A DNA stretch of 63,896 nucleotides, the filler included, from Gonapodya sp. JEL0774 (Eukaryota), in assembly GCA_027604505.1 (NCBI GenBank). It is 30 parts of 30 records of this genome, joined end to end, with 100 filler letters (N's around TTAATTAATTAA, not from the genome) between each part and the next. Parts side by side here need not be neighbours in the genome. Positions count along the whole stretch, not along the records: positions 61,877 to 63,896 come from JADIIX010002340.1; 29 more parts are not named here. One strand, 5' to 3'. Both the position numbers and the translations under genes were made by a program. Shown piece by piece: positions 62,699 to 63,896 of the stretch. Within the stretch, counting starts at the first letter, position 1. The number at the start of each line of letters is the position of its first letter. The notes beneath the pieces were generated by a model. That model was given only the letters and a program-made list of their open reading frames with translations. It was not told the DNA's origin and searched no databases.

Positions 62699-62806
62699 TG
62701 ATAATTGGCGGTGGGAAGGAGCGACGCAAGGTGTTTGATAATGGGCAGTGGGAAGGAGCGACGGAAGGTGTTTGATAATTGGCGGTGGGAAGGAGCGACG
62801 CAAGGT
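62699..62806. repeat. 37-bp tandem repeat, about 2.9 copies
   Basis: Unit TGATAATTGGCGGTGGGAAGGAGCGACGCAAGGTGTT starts at 62699, 62736 (3 mismatches) and 62773. There are no spacers. Confidence 0.95.
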
Positions 62807-62843
62807 CCACATCCTCGATTCGCCCGGAAACGGCGAACAAATC

Positions 62844-63896
62844 ATGGTCTCCGCAATCGAGAACGAGAAGTACGACCGTCGAAAGAGTGCCATCGATGAA
62901 CTACGACGCCGCAGGCGAGTCGAACCTTCCCATCGGGTTTGTCCACCCCGAACTCACAAACCATGTCTCGGTGACAGGAGCTCGATGTTCGCTGGGCGGG
63001 TTTCTGGCGGTGGCGCGACAGCGCACATTGCGAAGATGCTAGATCCTGTGGAGGTGAACAAGCGCTTCGAGGAATGGATGAAGATTGCTGCCGACGGTGT
63101 AGGTTTCCAAGCGATTGTGCCCGGCCCGTTATCACATTGATTGGCCCCCTTTCGACGGTTTTCTCCCAGAAAATTACCAGCGCGAACTCTTGGAATGTCG
63201 CTTTGATAGACTATTTTGCTGACCTGGACATTTTAAGAGAGGAGCGAGGGTGTGTTCAAGGTCTCAATCAGTTCGTCCGATTCTGACTTTCTTACCGAAA
63301 TCTTTCACGTTTCCAGTGAAATCAACTTCCAAAAGGTATGGCGCGAAGTCTCGCGTGTGGCAGGACCTGTTTTCTTACTCCAGGATCAGGCCTCGTGCAC
63401 ACTGGACGCCTCTGTGAAGGTTTACACGACACGAGTGGACTCTGTGGCGACGGAAACAGGCAAACTTTTATCCGGTCTTGCTGAGAGCCGTTCGGGTGAG
63501 CTAGGACCGACAGTAGCGGACTCGTTTGCGAGGCAGTTTGTGCATCCACAACACCGTCCTCCGGATTGTCAGACCCACCCCGCCGCGGAGACGAGGAGGA
63601 TAACAACGGAGAGCGTGCAACCACACGTGTGAAGGTGCGCTAGCAACTGGAGTATCTCTCATTGACGAGCAGAACTATCGACACCATCCTTTAATCATAG
63701 GGACCCCGGTCCACGAACACATTGGAGAAAGAAGCCAATCTAGACGTCAAAAAGTACGACCTCGAATTTACAGTTGACCCTCTTTTCAAGAAAACATGCG
63801 CGGATTTTGACGAGGTGAGACCCCAAGATCTGTTTGTCGGCCAATAAATCGGAACATCAAAATTCACCTACTTTGCAGGGTGGTGCGAAAGGTCTT
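62844..63896 (+). CDS. BRN1: Condensin kleisin subunit (Brn1/Cnd2/NCAPH), N-terminal part; start uncertain
   Basis: FEEWMKIAADG|KITSANSWNVALIDYF; INFQK|ASCTLDASVKVYTTRVDSVATETGKLLSGL; LEFTVDPLFKKTCADFDE|GGAKGL. Confidence 0.95.

Noticed and set aside
62699..62806. 37-bp repeats as a CRISPR array
   Set aside because: The copies are head-to-tail with no unique spacers, there are no cas genes, and the context is eukaryotic.

Overview
This window is not one continuous locus. It is 30 unrelated eukaryotic contigs of about 2.02-2.05 kb, sorted by decreasing length. They are joined by 29 artificial 100-nt linkers (44 N + TTAATTAATTAA + 44 N), so adjacency across a linker means nothing. The genes are intron-rich and fungal in type, and an IFT88 gene points to a flagellated (zoosporic, chytrid-grade) fungus; that placement is an inference. 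Recognisable genes, mostly partial: OSBP/Osh, CWF19L1-like, an EthA-type Baeyer-Villiger monooxygenase, a LEA_2-like protein, GGT, IFT88, MOT1, a Cas1p/CASD1 O-acetyltransferase, a serpin, cysteine synthase, an F-BAR protein, cyclophilin-40 (complete), ERV41, a myosin V tail, a LigB/DODA dioxygenase, SOD1 (complete), a RasGEF, ECM29, OGDH E1, an EFA6-type ArfGEF, VPS15, PFK, COX24/mS38, a G-alpha, TauD, an epimerase, MED22 and BRN1. Mobile elements are a GCM-domain MULE-like transposase and a Ty3/gypsy pol. The most unusual items only appear after splicing by hand: (1) a receptor built as signal peptide, plant-type LRR, TM and cytoplasmic SH3; (2) a serpin ending in a Ser/Thr stalk and a GPI-type signal; (3) the GCM-finger transposase, on one of two strongly CpG-depleted contigs; (4) a bacterial-like monooxygenase that carries introns; (5) splicing oddities, namely an obligatory 4-nt microexon, a GC-AG intron, many AAG acceptors, and a 37-bp tandem repeat that could create an intron at the BRN1 start. 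All family calls come from motif recognition; no database search was run.
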